A DNA stretch of 41,850 nucleotides. Origin: a virus. This document shows positions 15,735-25,779 of this stretch, in pieces. The translations under genes were made by a program, and so were the position numbers. Numbering within the stretch: position 1 is the first letter of the stretch; the number at the start of each line of letters is the position of its first letter. The stretch is taken from IMG/VR virus record IMGVR_UViG_3300045988_136506, one strand, 5' to 3'. The notes under the pieces were generated by a model. The model made no database searches, had not been told where the DNA came from, and worked only from the letters and a program-made list of their open reading frames with translations.

Positions 15735-16378
15735 TATAGTTCACCACCTTGGTAAATGATAGTTGCAATTCCATTACCATTAAAGTGCAAAATATTTACA
15801 CCTTCTTTGATAAATAAATCTGGAATCTCATTTTCTCGATTAACTTTTAAGTTTCTATTTTCACCGTTAACAACTATTGTCATATCATTAGTAACTTTAA
15901 TTATTGGATTAACAGTCATTCTTTTTCCGTGGATTTTAACATATGTATCACCATTAATGTTAGCATTACTAATACAATTAGCACTTGTATATTTAAACGG
16001 TTCACAATCACATTGGATAACTATTTTACCAATTCTCTTATCGCTAACCCATTGGTTGATTTGGCATCTTCCAACATAATAGTAACTTTCATCACTATCT
16101 AATATAATTTTTAATTTTTTACCATGAAGATAATTAGCTATTTCAGTAACTAAATCGTTAAATTCTTCATAGTCAGTTGTCATGGTAAATTCAAATTCAA
16201 GAATTCTATTATTAAATTTAATTTCACCACATAGAACTTCTGAAGTATCAATTACCCCATCAGCTCCTTCAATATCTACACTTGAAGTTTTAGGGGTTGG
16301 GAGTCCTAACGCTTTGTTAGTTAGGACTAATCCCCAGTCATCATATGTATGCTTAGTTCCAAAAGTTATTCCGTTCAT
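15734..16378 (-). CDS. distal tail protein (Dit)
   Basis: 214-aa ORF in the canonical position directly downstream of the tape measure gene. Confidence 0.55.
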   Translation of the reverse strand: MNGITFGTKHTYDDWGLVLTNKALGLPTPKTSSVDIEGADGVIDTSEVLCGEIKFNNRILEFEFTMTTDYEEFNDLVTEIANYLHGKKLKIILDSDESYYYVGRCQINQWVSDKRIGKIVIQCDCEPFKYTSANCISNANINGDTYVKIHGKRMTVNPIIKVTNDMTIVVNGENRNLKVNRENEIPDLFIKEGVNILHFNGNGIATIIYQGGEL

Positions 16379-16381
16379 AAC

Positions 16382-18493
16382 TTACCCCCTAAATCTACTT
16401 TTTCCATAGGCTAAGTCACCTAGTTTTGTATCCATTTTTGAAGCCATAGCTCCAACTAATTGTCCACTATCTAGTACTATTTGTTGACTCATATTATCTT
16501 TTATATCAGGTAAATAAGTGCTTAATAAGTTGATTAGTTTATCAAAGTAGTAATTTAATCCGTCAACTTCGTTTTTAACTGCTTCAGATACATATTGTTG
16601 AAGTGTTGAAATCGGGGTGATTGCTTCAGCTCCAGCTTCTCCACCTATCATAGCATTACCAGTCATTGGATTGTAACCAAAGGCGGTCGGTCTATTCATG
16701 ATACCACCTTCAGCGTACCATTCAACACCTATTTTTGGCATACCATGTTTGAACCAGTCAACTGGATTTAATGAACCATTAACTGTGAAATGTGGTACTT
16801 TGAAAATTGATTTAAACCAATTACAGAAATTGTTCCATAAATCAGCAATGTTATCAATGATATTACCAAAGAAGCTTCTAATTGAATCAAAGTGTTTAGC
16901 AATTTGTTGGACTGCTGTTTCAAAAGGATTGACAATAAATGAAATGATAGTTTTCCAATTGTTTTTAAAGAAATTAAGTACTTTTGGGAAATTAGATTTT
17001 ATGCCATCTAGTAAACGATTAATTAACGACCCACCAGCATTAAATAATTGAACTGCACCATTTACTAATCCAATAAATAGTTGTTGCACTATTTGCGCAC
17101 TAGCTTTTAATACGCTTGGAATCGACTTTATAATACCTTCAATTAAAGCTGATATTAATTTAATACCAACATCAATAATAACTGGCAAATTGTTAATTAT
17201 TGTATTAACTATAGCTTCCACAATTCTAGGAACATATTCGATTAGTTTTGGTAAAGCATTAATTAATCCCTCAGCTAAAGCTAGGATTAATTGCACAGCC
17301 ACTTCTATTAATAAATCGATATTGTTTATTAAAGTGTCAACTATTTTGAGTATTACATCTACAATTATTGGTACTAAAGTTGGTAAAGCTTCGATTAAAC
17401 CTTCTCCTAAGCCAACTATAAGTTGAAATCCAGCATCTATAATTAACGGTAGATTCTCTATTAATGCTTGAGTAACTGTTAATATACATTCTACTGCCAA
17501 AGGTACAAACTCTGGTAATAACTTAACTATTGCATCAATTACTTTAGTGATCAACTCTGTAAAAGTTTGAATGAGTGTAGGTAACATTGACTGAACCGCA
17601 TCAATCAAAGCATCCATAACTGTTGGAAGTACTGCCACCATGTTATTAATAACTGGTATAACATTTTGAACTGCTCCATTAATACCTTTAGCCAAGTTAT
17701 CTACTAACTTTTTCATATCAGCATCAGGATTACCTAAACCAGCTATAAAGTTTTGCCATGAAGCGCCTAATGAGTTAAATGAACCTTCGATGGTTTCTCC
17801 AGCTTCTTTTGCGGTTGTACCAGTAATACCTAAATCTTGTTGAATAACGTGGATAGCTTGATATACATCATTTAAGTTGGATATATCATACTTAACACCA
17901 CTCAACTTTTCAGCATCAACAAGTAAACGCTCCATCTCGGTTTTAGTACCACCATAACCAAGTTTTAAGTTATCCAACATGGTATAGTTTTGCTTTGAAA
18001 AACCTTGATAAGCGTTTTGGATATCTTGCATATGAGTACCCATTTTGTTGGCGTTATCTGCCATATCACGGATAGCCATATCTGCACTATCACAAGCTTT
18101 TTCCGTATCACCATCTAAAGCTTGAAGTAAAGATGCGCTGAAGCTAGTAACTTGCTCCATATAAGTATTGGCATCAATACCAGCTGTTGTATAAGCGTTA
18201 TTAGCGTTATCAATGACCTTTTGGGCTGAGTCTTTGAATAAAGTCTCAATACCACCAATTGATTGCTGTAAACGCCCATATGAAGATGAAACGTTTTTAA
18301 CTAGCCCAACTGCCCCAGTGGCAACCGCTCCAGTAGCAACTAGTACTCCCTTGCCAACTGTTTTAGCAATTGAGCCTATTTTACTGAGTTTGCTTGAAGT
18401 CTTTTCAGCTTCATCACTTACATCTGTTAATTCTTTTTTAGATTTTGCAACGCCCACTAAAGCAAGCGTTCCGAATATTTTAAATAATTCCAT
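16382..18493 (-). CDS. tail tape measure protein
   Basis: 703 aa with a Gly/Ala-rich helical N-terminus and a long internal run of ~33-aa hydrophobic repeats (LIEALPTLVPIIVDVILKIVDTL...). It follows the chaperone pair. Confidence 0.85.
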   Translation of the reverse strand: MELFKIFGTLALVGVAKSKKELTDVSDEAEKTSSKLSKIGSIAKTVGKGVLVATGAVATGAVGLVKNVSSSYGRLQQSIGGIETLFKDSAQKVIDNANNAYTTAGIDANTYMEQVTSFSASLLQALDGDTEKACDSADMAIRDMADNANKMGTHMQDIQNAYQGFSKQNYTMLDNLKLGYGGTKTEMERLLVDAEKLSGVKYDISNLNDVYQAIHVIQQDLGITGTTAKEAGETIEGSFNSLGASWQNFIAGLGNPDADMKKLVDNLAKGINGAVQNVIPVINNMVAVLPTVMDALIDAVQSMLPTLIQTFTELITKVIDAIVKLLPEFVPLAVECILTVTQALIENLPLIIDAGFQLIVGLGEGLIEALPTLVPIIVDVILKIVDTLINNIDLLIEVAVQLILALAEGLINALPKLIEYVPRIVEAIVNTIINNLPVIIDVGIKLISALIEGIIKSIPSVLKASAQIVQQLFIGLVNGAVQLFNAGGSLINRLLDGIKSNFPKVLNFFKNNWKTIISFIVNPFETAVQQIAKHFDSIRSFFGNIIDNIADLWNNFCNWFKSIFKVPHFTVNGSLNPVDWFKHGMPKIGVEWYAEGGIMNRPTAFGYNPMTGNAMIGGEAGAEAITPISTLQQYVSEAVKNEVDGLNYYFDKLINLLSTYLPDIKDNMSQQIVLDSGQLVGAMASKMDTKLGDLAYGKSRFRG

Positions 18494-18502
18494 TTGATCC
18501 TC

Positions 18503-19188
18503 CTAATTTTGAGGTTGGAAATTGCTCAAAATTTCATAAGATTTTTTAACGGTTGTTTTAGCTTCTTCTACATTCATTTCATCAGTTTGAGCATCTTGAT
18601 TATGAATTTTTGAAGTGAATTCAGAAAATGACTTATCATAAACTTTGTGTAGCCATACTTTAAGCTCTAAGTCTTCGTTATTCTTTTCAAGTAAAGTATC
18701 TATAAAGCCAGAAAACATATCATTTTCTATTAATTCATCTAATAATGAAAAGGGATTTGAATACCTTTTGAATACCAAATCCCAAAATTCATTACATCCT
18801 AGTTGAACGATTTTAAAACAACCTTGATAAAATCCACGAACTCTGGCATTTTAATTATTGCAATTGCCATTTCCATAAAGTCAGCTGGCGGTAATACTTC
18901 AATTTCTTTAACTTTTAAACCACTTAGATTTGACATAAATTTAATCAATGGTTCTTGAATATCTTCAAGTTTTTCTAATACTAAATCACAAATTGAAGTT
19001 ACTACCATAAGTCCAACTTGTTCATAGTCAATATTAGTATTTTCTTTTTTAGCCTTAGCTAAATTTTTAATCTCTTCAATTTCTTCATTATTAAAGCATT
19101 TTGTAATATTTTTAACCCCAATAGCTTTAAAGATTTTACTTGCAACAAATACATCAGTTGCCCTTGGTTTTCTTAATGTGTATTCCAT
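18503..19188 (-). CDS. tail assembly chaperone -1 frameshift fusion product (gpGT-like)
   Basis: The minus-strand heptamer T_TTA_AAA (complement of ~18811-18818) sits 4 codons before the gpG-like stop. A -1 slip reads ...FKIVQLGCNEFWDLVFKRYSNPFSLL..., which is the 91-aa track ORF 18503..18778. Confidence 0.55.
18799..19188 (-). CDS. tail assembly chaperone (gpG-like)
   Basis: 129-aa ORF between the major tail protein and the TMP. It ends in the slippery site U_UUA_AAA. Confidence 0.6.
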   Translation of the reverse strand: MEYTLRKPRATDVFVASKIFKAIGVKNITKCFNNEEIEEIKNLAKAKKENTNIDYEQVGLMVVTSICDLVLEKLEDIQEPLIKFMSNLSGLKVKEIEVLPPADFMEMAIAIIKMPEFVDFIKVVLKSFN

Positions 19189-19226
19189 AAAAAATCGCCC
19201 TCCTAGTTTTCATTAATTAATTTTTA

Positions 19227-19817
19227 TTAAGATCTTTTTGGATAGTAAATATGGTAAGGTAAAGTTGTTAAGGAAGTTTCAGCATCAGCGTGGCACTCGA
19301 ATGTGTATTTGCCGACACCTTCTTCTTTATTTTTACCTTCTAATGATAAACCGCTTGTACAGAGTGCGTTATCTAAAATTACAATGATATTTTTACCATC
19401 TAAAGTTTCACCGACAAAAGCGATATTTTCCCAATAATCACCTTCAGCGATAGAATCTTTGGATTCAATTACATCATAACCAGTTGAATCAGCACTAGTT
19501 CCATCTTTACCAACAACTGCTGACTTGATTAAATCCTTAGTTAATTCTAAGAAGTTAACTTCAAGCGTTGCAGTTTCTCCAACTTTGCGTTTAAAGTCTT
19601 TAATTGCAACTGTAGATCCATCAGGTTCAACTGAATAGAACTCAGGTGTGATTGTTAATGTTGAGCCACCTTTTGTTGCACCAACACAAGAATCATCAAA
19701 GTTCCAAGAACCACTACCTGTGTTACTGGTATACTTTAAACCTTTATGGATTGTACCAGCTCCAAATACAATGTTTTGAACTGTTGCACTTGAAACACCG
19801 TTATTACCTTTTTTCAT
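19227..19817 (-). CDS. major tail protein
   Basis: The real start is MKKGNNG, with GGGAGGAAG 4 nt upstream of the ATG at 19817. The 196-aa Gly/Thr-rich beta protein occupies the MTP position. Confidence 0.6.
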   Translation of the reverse strand: MKKGNNGVSSATVQNIVFGAGTIHKGLKYTSNTGSGSWNFDDSCVGATKGGSTLTITPEFYSVEPDGSTVAIKDFKRKVGETATLEVNFLELTKDLIKSAVVGKDGTSADSTGYDVIESKDSIAEGDYWENIAFVGETLDGKNIIVILDNALCTSGLSLEGKNKEEGVGKYTFECHADAETSLTTLPYHIYYPKRS

Positions 19818-20185
19818 TATTCTTCCTCCCACAAATATATTGTGAATTTAATTTGAATTCTTTTAATGTTGGCTATTTCAATTGGAATAGTTATTGTACT
19901 ATCATAACTAATTATGATATAACCACCATCACATTTAATTTTTTTAGATTGTTTATATTCTTTTTTAAGTTTTTCAGCATAGTTGTATAAATTAGAATAA
20001 GTTTCAACATCTTCTCCTGTTAAAGTGAATGAAAACTCACTTTTACCATCTTCATATGGGCTTTCTACTTCATCAAGTTCACCAACAAAGAATGGAAGTA
20101 CAACATCACATTCCCACTTATCATATGCATAAGGTATTTCAAGGCTTTCTAGCTCACTTTTAATAGTCTTTAATACATTTATCAT
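19817..20185 (-). CDS. tail completion / tail terminator protein (gp11-like position)
   Basis: 122-aa ORF; its stop overlaps the MTP start. Confidence 0.45.
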   Translation of the reverse strand: MINVLKTIKSELESLEIPYAYDKWECDVVLPFFVGELDEVESPYEDGKSEFSFTLTGEDVETYSNLYNYAEKLKKEYKQSKKIKCDGGYIIISYDSTITIPIEIANIKRIQIKFTIYLWEEE

Positions 20186-20604
20186 AAGTCTTTGAATTTC
20201 TCCTTAAAATAGCTCTCAATACTGTTTTTAGTGCTATTAAATGCACGTTGTAATGCTTTACGTGGTTTCTTACCACTTGTTCTATGCCATTTACCTTGTT
20301 CATCTCTATAAACCCACGGTACATCTTTTCTACCATTACCATGTTGAGCGTAAATACCAGTACCGAACTCTTCCCATATGGCATTATCATAGTTAGAGCC
20401 AACATAAGCTTCACTTTTTTTAGAATCTACTTTGTGTTGCCAACTGGCTTTTGTTTTACCAGTTTTAACTTTAGTATTTTTCTTAGTTTGGCTTTCAAGC
20501 TCTCCGATAGCTTCTTCTAATGCATTTTCAATTGCTCCATCTAGTGCATTACATACTTTGTCTAGTTTTATATCAATTTTTATATTATTTTGCATTTGCA
20601 ACAC
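20182..20604 (-). CDS. HK97 gp10-like head-tail joining protein
   Basis: 140-aa ORF in the head-tail joining position, overlapping its neighbours by 4 and 20 nt. Confidence 0.45.
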   Translation of the reverse strand: MLQMQNNIKIDIKLDKVCNALDGAIENALEEAIGELESQTKKNTKVKTGKTKASWQHKVDSKKSEAYVGSNYDNAIWEEFGTGIYAQHGNGRKDVPWVYRDEQGKWHRTSGKKPRKALQRAFNSTKNSIESYFKEKFKDL

Positions 20605-20923
20605 CTAGTAAGTTTAATGTAATTTCTAAATGGTCGTGAATTTCCATTGGATCATCTATGAATTTTACTTCATAAATTCGGTTGTTAATTTTGAACCTAC
20701 ACTGAGTAATATCAAGATCTCGTACAGTAGAATCGTAATCAGAAATGAAAACGTGAGTTGAATCTTCCGTTTTTGTGTTATGAGAATAAGTAGAAGTGCC
20801 ACTTGATAAGTCTAACCAACCATTTAATACATATTTATCACTCCAAGTTAATACATTCTCGCCTAAATCATTGGTAGAAGCCGTTTTAACCTGGATAGTA
20901 GCCTTTAAATTACCACCAATCAT
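20585..20923 (-). CDS. head closure / head-tail adaptor protein
   Basis: 112-aa ORF. Confidence 0.45.
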   Translation of the reverse strand: MIGGNLKATIQVKTASTNDLGENVLTWSDKYVLNGWLDLSSGTSTYSHNTKTEDSTHVFISDYDSTVRDLDITQCRFKINNRIYEVKFIDDPMEIHDHLEITLNLLGVANAK

Positions 20924-21459
20924 AGGAAGTTCCTACTTGCCTTAGTGTATCTCTTAAGTCCTGTAAATAAATGAATTGGATACCCATTATATGAGTTTTG
21001 GTCATTTTGTGAGAAGTAACTTACTGAGTGTCTACCGATTGACTCACTTTGAATACCCATTTTAGAACCAAATTGTTCATCCCATTTAAGGATATTAATT
21101 ACCATTGATATAATATCTTGTGGATATTCAACTTTAGTAACAGTACATTCTTCACAATCGAATAAGTTCTTATCTAATTTAATTTTATTTGCTGTAATTT
21201 CTTCGATTAAATATAAACCATCATTAATTTTAGAATTAGTTATTTGAATGGTGTCCCCCACCTTTAAGTAAGGGGACATGCCAACCAAATAATTGTCAAC
21301 TGAGGGACATACTATTCTAATATTTCTATTTTGAAAATTATTATTTGTTTTACTTCTAATAAGTGCTTCTAAACCATCTAATTTAGCTTGGACTAACTCT
21401 GTTGAGGTGTCCGCAAATAAATGATAGTAATCAACCACTTCTTTAACACTAATAATCAT
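20920..21459 (-). CDS. head-tail connector protein (gp6/gp15-like)
   Basis: 179-aa ORF directly downstream of the MCP. Confidence 0.45.
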   Translation of the reverse strand: MIISVKEVVDYYHLFADTSTELVQAKLDGLEALIRSKTNNNFQNRNIRIVCPSVDNYLVGMSPYLKVGDTIQITNSKINDGLYLIEEITANKIKLDKNLFDCEECTVTKVEYPQDIISMVINILKWDEQFGSKMGIQSESIGRHSVSYFSQNDQNSYNGYPIHLFTGLKRYTKASRNFL

Positions 21460-21486
21460 TTTATCCCTCCAATTTTTAATATTTTA

Positions 21487-22476
21487 TTAAGCCTTAAACT
21501 TAGCTAAAACTACTTTAGCAGCGTTTGTTAATGCAACACCATAATATTTTGATGCAACAATTTCGTGAGTTTGAGAACGTGACTTCCAATCATGATCAAC
21601 TTGAATATCTTTCTTTAAGAAGATACTTATAGCTGTTAATTCATCTTCTGTATATTCAGTTTCAGCTGAATCTGGTTCAAGTTTGATAACTGGACATACA
21701 TAATATTGTGAAGCTTTAGCAATTGCTTTAAGACCATTTCCAACTTCAAGTTTAACGGTTGGATCAACTTTAGCTTGATATTCAGCTAAGTTATTAGCAT
21801 CGATAGTAACTGTACTGCCTGACTCAACTTTTTCATAAGTAACAAGTCTAACTTTCTTGGACTTTTTAACCCAAGCACCAGCGATTTTACCGATAGAACC
21901 ATTAACTGCAACACCAGCTTGATATTTATCAGCTGAGATAAAGTTACTATCTTTTAAGAGTGTAGCTTCTTGAGCTGGGTGAATAAACATAACTTTATCA
22001 ATTCCGTCTTCTTCATCTTCAAACTTACAGTTAGCATCAACGATACCACTATAAGAGATGTTAGATGTACCATCACCACTTACCATAGTTGCTTCATAAA
22101 CTGCTTCTAATACATCGTTATCAAGTTTACCAGCAATAGATTGAGCTAATTGAGAACCAGCTTGTCCAACTGGGTCGCCATAACCAGAGTTAATAGCTTC
22201 TTGTGTAATTCCAACAGCTTTCATTACTTTTTTAATAGTGAAGGTAGTGCTTGAAGCGGTCATTTGAGTTAATCCAACTTCAACACCTTCAGCAACATCT
22301 TCAGCATCACCAATATAATTCCAAGATGGTACTGTTTTTGTATCCCCTGGGACACCAACTAAAGTTGTATCGACTTTAGCATATGGTGTTAATTTTAATA
22401 GTGCTTCAATTTTTGCATTGATCATATCACCCATGACTTGTGGGTTGATCATTTGATCCATTGTTGTAATTGCCAT
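21487..22476 (-). CDS. major capsid protein
   Basis: 329 aa, the size typical of siphovirus major capsid proteins. It follows the scaffold gene and has a strong RBS. Confidence 0.7.
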   Translation of the reverse strand: MAITTMDQMINPQVMGDMINAKIEALLKLTPYAKVDTTLVGVPGDTKTVPSWNYIGDAEDVAEGVEVGLTQMTASSTTFTIKKVMKAVGITQEAINSGYGDPVGQAGSQLAQSIAGKLDNDVLEAVYEATMVSGDGTSNISYSGIVDANCKFEDEEDGIDKVMFIHPAQEATLLKDSNFISADKYQAGVAVNGSIGKIAGAWVKKSKKVRLVTYEKVESGSTVTIDANNLAEYQAKVDPTVKLEVGNGLKAIAKASQYYVCPVIKLEPDSAETEYTEDELTAISIFLKKDIQVDHDWKSRSQTHEIVASKYYGVALTNAAKVVLAKFKA

Positions 22477-22495
22477 AATTTAATTTTACCTTTCA

Positions 22496-23116
22496 TTAAT
22501 TTTGTTTTGTTAATTCTTCGTATGCCTCTTGATTTTCATTGAATAACTTTAAGCGTTCTCGATAACTCATTTTTTTAAAATCATCCTTAGTAACGCCTTT
22601 ATTATCACTATCACTCGGCAACTTCATTTCTTTTACCTTTGACTGAACACTAGCGAATTGTGTCGGCAACTGAACTTTTAAATCATCCAATAACTCTTTA
22701 GTTCCTGTTAAATTACCTTTATCATCAAGTTTTAATTCAGTTCCCTTTTCTTTGATTTTGAATTTAACATAATCCACATCTTGAACATTAGCTTCTAATA
22801 ATACTCTATCTAAAGCTGATTCAAGTCTTTGTTCTTCATTGGTTTTCTTAAGATTAGCGATTTGAGTTTCATAGTCTTTAATCTTACCTTGTAATTCTTC
22901 ATTACCTTTATTACCTTTTTGCAATTCATTGATTAAAGCTTGAGACTTTGCTAATTCTTGTGCGTTTTGCTCCGATTCCAATTTAAGTTTGTTATATCTA
23001 ACATCCATGTTTTCCTCACTTGCAAGGTAAATCTTATTGGATTTCATTTCAGCTGAGATTTTAACAATCTGTTCATCAGTTAATCCTTGAGCCTTTAAAA
23101 CTTCTGTAAAATTCAT
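22496..23116 (-). CDS. scaffolding protein
   Basis: 206-aa protein that is highly charged and has coiled-coil character (KLKLESEQNAQELAKSQALINELQK...). It lies upstream of the MCP. Confidence 0.6.
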   Translation of the reverse strand: MNFTEVLKAQGLTDEQIVKISAEMKSNKIYLASEENMDVRYNKLKLESEQNAQELAKSQALINELQKGNKGNEELQGKIKDYETQIANLKKTNEEQRLESALDRVLLEANVQDVDYVKFKIKEKGTELKLDDKGNLTGTKELLDDLKVQLPTQFASVQSKVKEMKLPSDSDNKGVTKDDFKKMSYRERLKLFNENQEAYEELTKQN

Positions 23117-23231
23117 TTAATAGTCCTCCATACAATTTTTACGTGTTATGTCACGATTTGAATTTTTTAATTGAACTAGTTTTAACGACTTTTCTTTGTC
23201 GATTTTTATTAATAGTATTACTACTAATTAA

Positions 23232-24602
23232 TCATTGTTTTGTTCCATTACCTTGTAACCAAGTAAGTAGATCCCCAGTAGGTGATGTAGCGAAGATAAC
23301 TGTGCGGTAAGCTTCATTTGTCCACGCATGGGAGTTAACTTCATATACATTCGTTGTTCCGTATACCAAATATGCAGCCATCGGACTAGAAAAATTATAG
23401 CTAAATTTGCTATACGAATTTCCATTTGACGTAAAGTTAATATCGTGTGACCAACTTTTAACTCCAAAGGTTAAGTCTGCATTCAACACCCAAGTTTCGC
23501 CTGTACTTGGTTCTTCACTGCTTGATTTTTCAAACACAACTCCACCATCCAAATAAAACTTACTTACTTCATTTCCGTTATAAATAACCTTTTTAACATT
23601 GTTATAAGTAACTCCAAAGAGTGAAATGTTATAAATAGTTTTGCCAGTGTCTATTGCTAATTTTAGATATTTACCATTAGCAAAATCTAAATCGGTTAAG
23701 TTATATTTAGATTTATTTTCATCATCAATTAAAGTGATGAATTCTTCTTGAGTAACTAGCGTATCACTATCACTTGCATAATCTTCATAATTAAATGTTG
23801 CACCATTCCATATTTTTCTTGAATTATTGTTTGTAAAGCTAGATGTTTCAGTTAAATATTTAGAGCAACTAGTACAAGTAGTTTTACTTGCTCCACTTAT
23901 TGATACAGCACTAGCACAATAATTATGTGTACTGCTATAAATATGAGGGCAAAATCCACCAATATTGAAATATTGCTCACCACTTTTTTCTTGTACTGCA
24001 ATAGTACCAAAAGCAAAGCATCTGTATAATTTAGTGTATCTTGAATAACCAATAAATCCACCAACATATATACTTCTACTAGAACCAGTTATATTAATAT
24101 TTACATTACTTATACAGTCTTTAAATGTCATATAGTTGGAGTCACCATAGCACGAACCTATAAAGCCACCAACACCTCTAAAAGCATATTGAGTGTATAA
24201 GTAGTTATGTGTAACATTTATAGTTCCTTGAACAGATACATTTTCAATTTGTGGTGCTTTATAATAAACTCCACCAGCTAAAATACCAGTACAGTTATTA
24301 TAACCAGTTGAATTAATAGTTGCATTTTCAAATACTAGATTTTTAATAGTACAATCACCTAACATTCTAAAGAATCCAACCAAGTTATTATCATAAGTAG
24401 AATTAATAGTAATAGTCATATTTTTAATTTTGTGACCATTACCATTAAGAGTTCCATTAAAACTTACATTAACATCTTCTGGTGTTCCAATAGGTGTCCA
24501 TTTTTCTAAGCTTGATAAGTCAATATCACAACCTAACTCATAATCGCCTGTTAAATCGTTTTGGATTGCTTGTAAGCCTTCAACTGTTGTAATAGTTATC
24601 AT
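23232..24602 (-). CDS. right-handed beta-helix (pectate-lyase-like) protein; putative virion-associated adhesin or glycan-degrading protein
   Basis: N-terminal signature LQAIQNDLTGDYELGCDIDLSSLEKWTPIGT...FNGTLNGNGHKIKNMTI, followed by N/T/G-rich repeats. The 456-aa ORF overlaps the upstream gene by 4 nt. Confidence 0.5.
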   Translation of the reverse strand: MITITTVEGLQAIQNDLTGDYELGCDIDLSSLEKWTPIGTPEDVNVSFNGTLNGNGHKIKNMTITINSTYDNNLVGFFRMLGDCTIKNLVFENATINSTGYNNCTGILAGGVYYKAPQIENVSVQGTINVTHNYLYTQYAFRGVGGFIGSCYGDSNYMTFKDCISNVNINITGSSRSIYVGGFIGYSRYTKLYRCFAFGTIAVQEKSGEQYFNIGGFCPHIYSSTHNYCASAVSISGASKTTCTSCSKYLTETSSFTNNNSRKIWNGATFNYEDYASDSDTLVTQEEFITLIDDENKSKYNLTDLDFANGKYLKLAIDTGKTIYNISLFGVTYNNVKKVIYNGNEVSKFYLDGGVVFEKSSSEEPSTGETWVLNADLTFGVKSWSHDINFTSNGNSYSKFSYNFSSPMAAYLVYGTTNVYEVNSHAWTNEAYRTVIFATSPTGDLLTWLQGNGTKQ

Positions 24603-25726
24603 GAGGATGCCTCACTTGTTGTAATAGTTAATGTTCCAGTAGTGGAATCAAAAGTTACGGTTGGGGTAATAGCTTCATAAGTACCAATTACGCCACCTAT
24701 ATCAATGTCTTTTTTAATGTTTCCAGGCGTTAAAGTGGATGGTTTAGTAATAGTTACTTGGGATAGTGTTTTACCGCTTGTAGGGGTGATTACTTGATTA
24801 CCAGTAGCCATTGATAAATCAACTGTCTTAGTCTCTTCAACTGGAGCTGAAGCACCTTCATATGTTCCAGTAACTCCACCGATATTTACACCACTTTTAA
24901 CATTTCCAGCGGTTAAATTTTCAAGCCCTTGTAATGTGTAATTACTACCAGCAAATATAATAGTGTTTCCATCATTTTGTAAGTCAATAACGTTGTCTTG
25001 GTCGACAATTATTCTAGGCTTATTAATTGGTGTGTTAATATAAATACTTGCATATTGTGCAGGTAAACCATCTTCAAGTTGTATTTGGTTTGTGGTTAAA
25101 GTTAAGCCAGTTAGGTTTATATAACTATTTGGAATAGCTCCAACAGTTACTTTAGATAAGTATTTTCCGCTATCAGGCGTGATTTCTTGAATTGAAGTAC
25201 TTGGGGTTGCGGTTTTTTCTTGAGTTTGTGGGGTTTCACATACATGAGTACCAGTTAATTTAGTACCGTTTACATATGCTGTTTTACCACTCAATATGTC
25301 CGATTGTGTAGCATCTGCATCAGAAGTATCAACTTTAGATCCACCTGAGCCACCACTTCCATTAGAGTTGAGTGTATTTTTTATACTTGTAAGTTTTGTG
25401 TTGGTTTGTTCTAAAGTTTCATTGTTATTTTGTAAAGCTGTGTTTATTTCTACTTTACTGGTAGTGATTGTTATAGTATCAGAAAAGCTTGAACTTTGTG
25501 AAAAAGTATTATCTGTAAAAGTGATTTCTCCTGAAGTTGTTGAAACTACGGAATTTACAACATATCCAGGTTTTAAAGTTATAGTAAAAATAGTGTTGCC
25601 TTGAATAACTTGGATGCTTTGTCCACTTTCAGTCCAATCAGAAACTATTCCGCTTCCGTTATACGAACCTTGGACTTTTTGTACACCATTATCAAAATTA
25701 ATAGTTACTTGTCTTGTTACTGGCAT
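24599..25726 (-). CDS. fibre-like protein with a GSGGSGGS linker and 2-3 internal ~55-70-aa repeats
   Basis: The repeats read ITP(D/T)SGK(Y/T)LS(K/Q)VT...N(I/V)...(I/G)GGV(T/I)GTYE(G/A). The protein is 375 aa and Thr/Ser-rich. Confidence 0.45.
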   Translation of the reverse strand: MPVTRQVTINFDNGVQKVQGSYNGSGIVSDWTESGQSIQVIQGNTIFTITLKPGYVVNSVVSTTSGEITFTDNTFSQSSSFSDTITITTSKVEINTALQNNNETLEQTNTKLTSIKNTLNSNGSGGSGGSKVDTSDADATQSDILSGKTAYVNGTKLTGTHVCETPQTQEKTATPSTSIQEITPDSGKYLSKVTVGAIPNSYINLTGLTLTTNQIQLEDGLPAQYASIYINTPINKPRIIVDQDNVIDLQNDGNTIIFAGSNYTLQGLENLTAGNVKSGVNIGGVTGTYEGASAPVEETKTVDLSMATGNQVITPTSGKTLSQVTITKPSTLTPGNIKKDIDIGGVIGTYEAITPTVTFDSTTGTLTITTSEASS

Positions 25727-25779
25727 ATGTCTTTATCCTTTCATTAATAATTTATACCCATTTTATTATTTTTTCAATA

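Noticed and set aside
16698-17426. Plus-strand ORFs inside the tape measure gene (16698..17051, 17190..17426), and many other antisense ORFs: 1112..1312, 1836..2054, 3064..3291, 4838..5059, 6597..6905, 9935..10144, 11189..11443, 11753..11947, 12500..12742, 13383..13652, 15756..16079, 16182..16409, 18213..18497, 19652..19990, 20284..20520, 25296..25820, 26933..27169, 29931..30489, 31316..31640, 34958..35152, 37782..38275, 38475..38669, 39667..39915, 40207..40518
   Set aside because: All are antisense or out-of-frame shadows of long, motif-supported genes in an AT-rich genome, and they have low-complexity Leu/Ile/Phe/Ser composition. None is reported as a gene.
20160-20414. 84-aa ORF overlapping the gp10-like gene
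   Set aside because: It is embedded in the 20182..20604 gene in another frame. An overlap artefact is more plausible.
23228-23467. 79-aa minus-strand ORF overlapping the 3' end of the beta-helix gene
   Set aside because: It lies almost entirely within the longer 23232..24602 ORF in another frame and has no RBS. It is treated as spurious.
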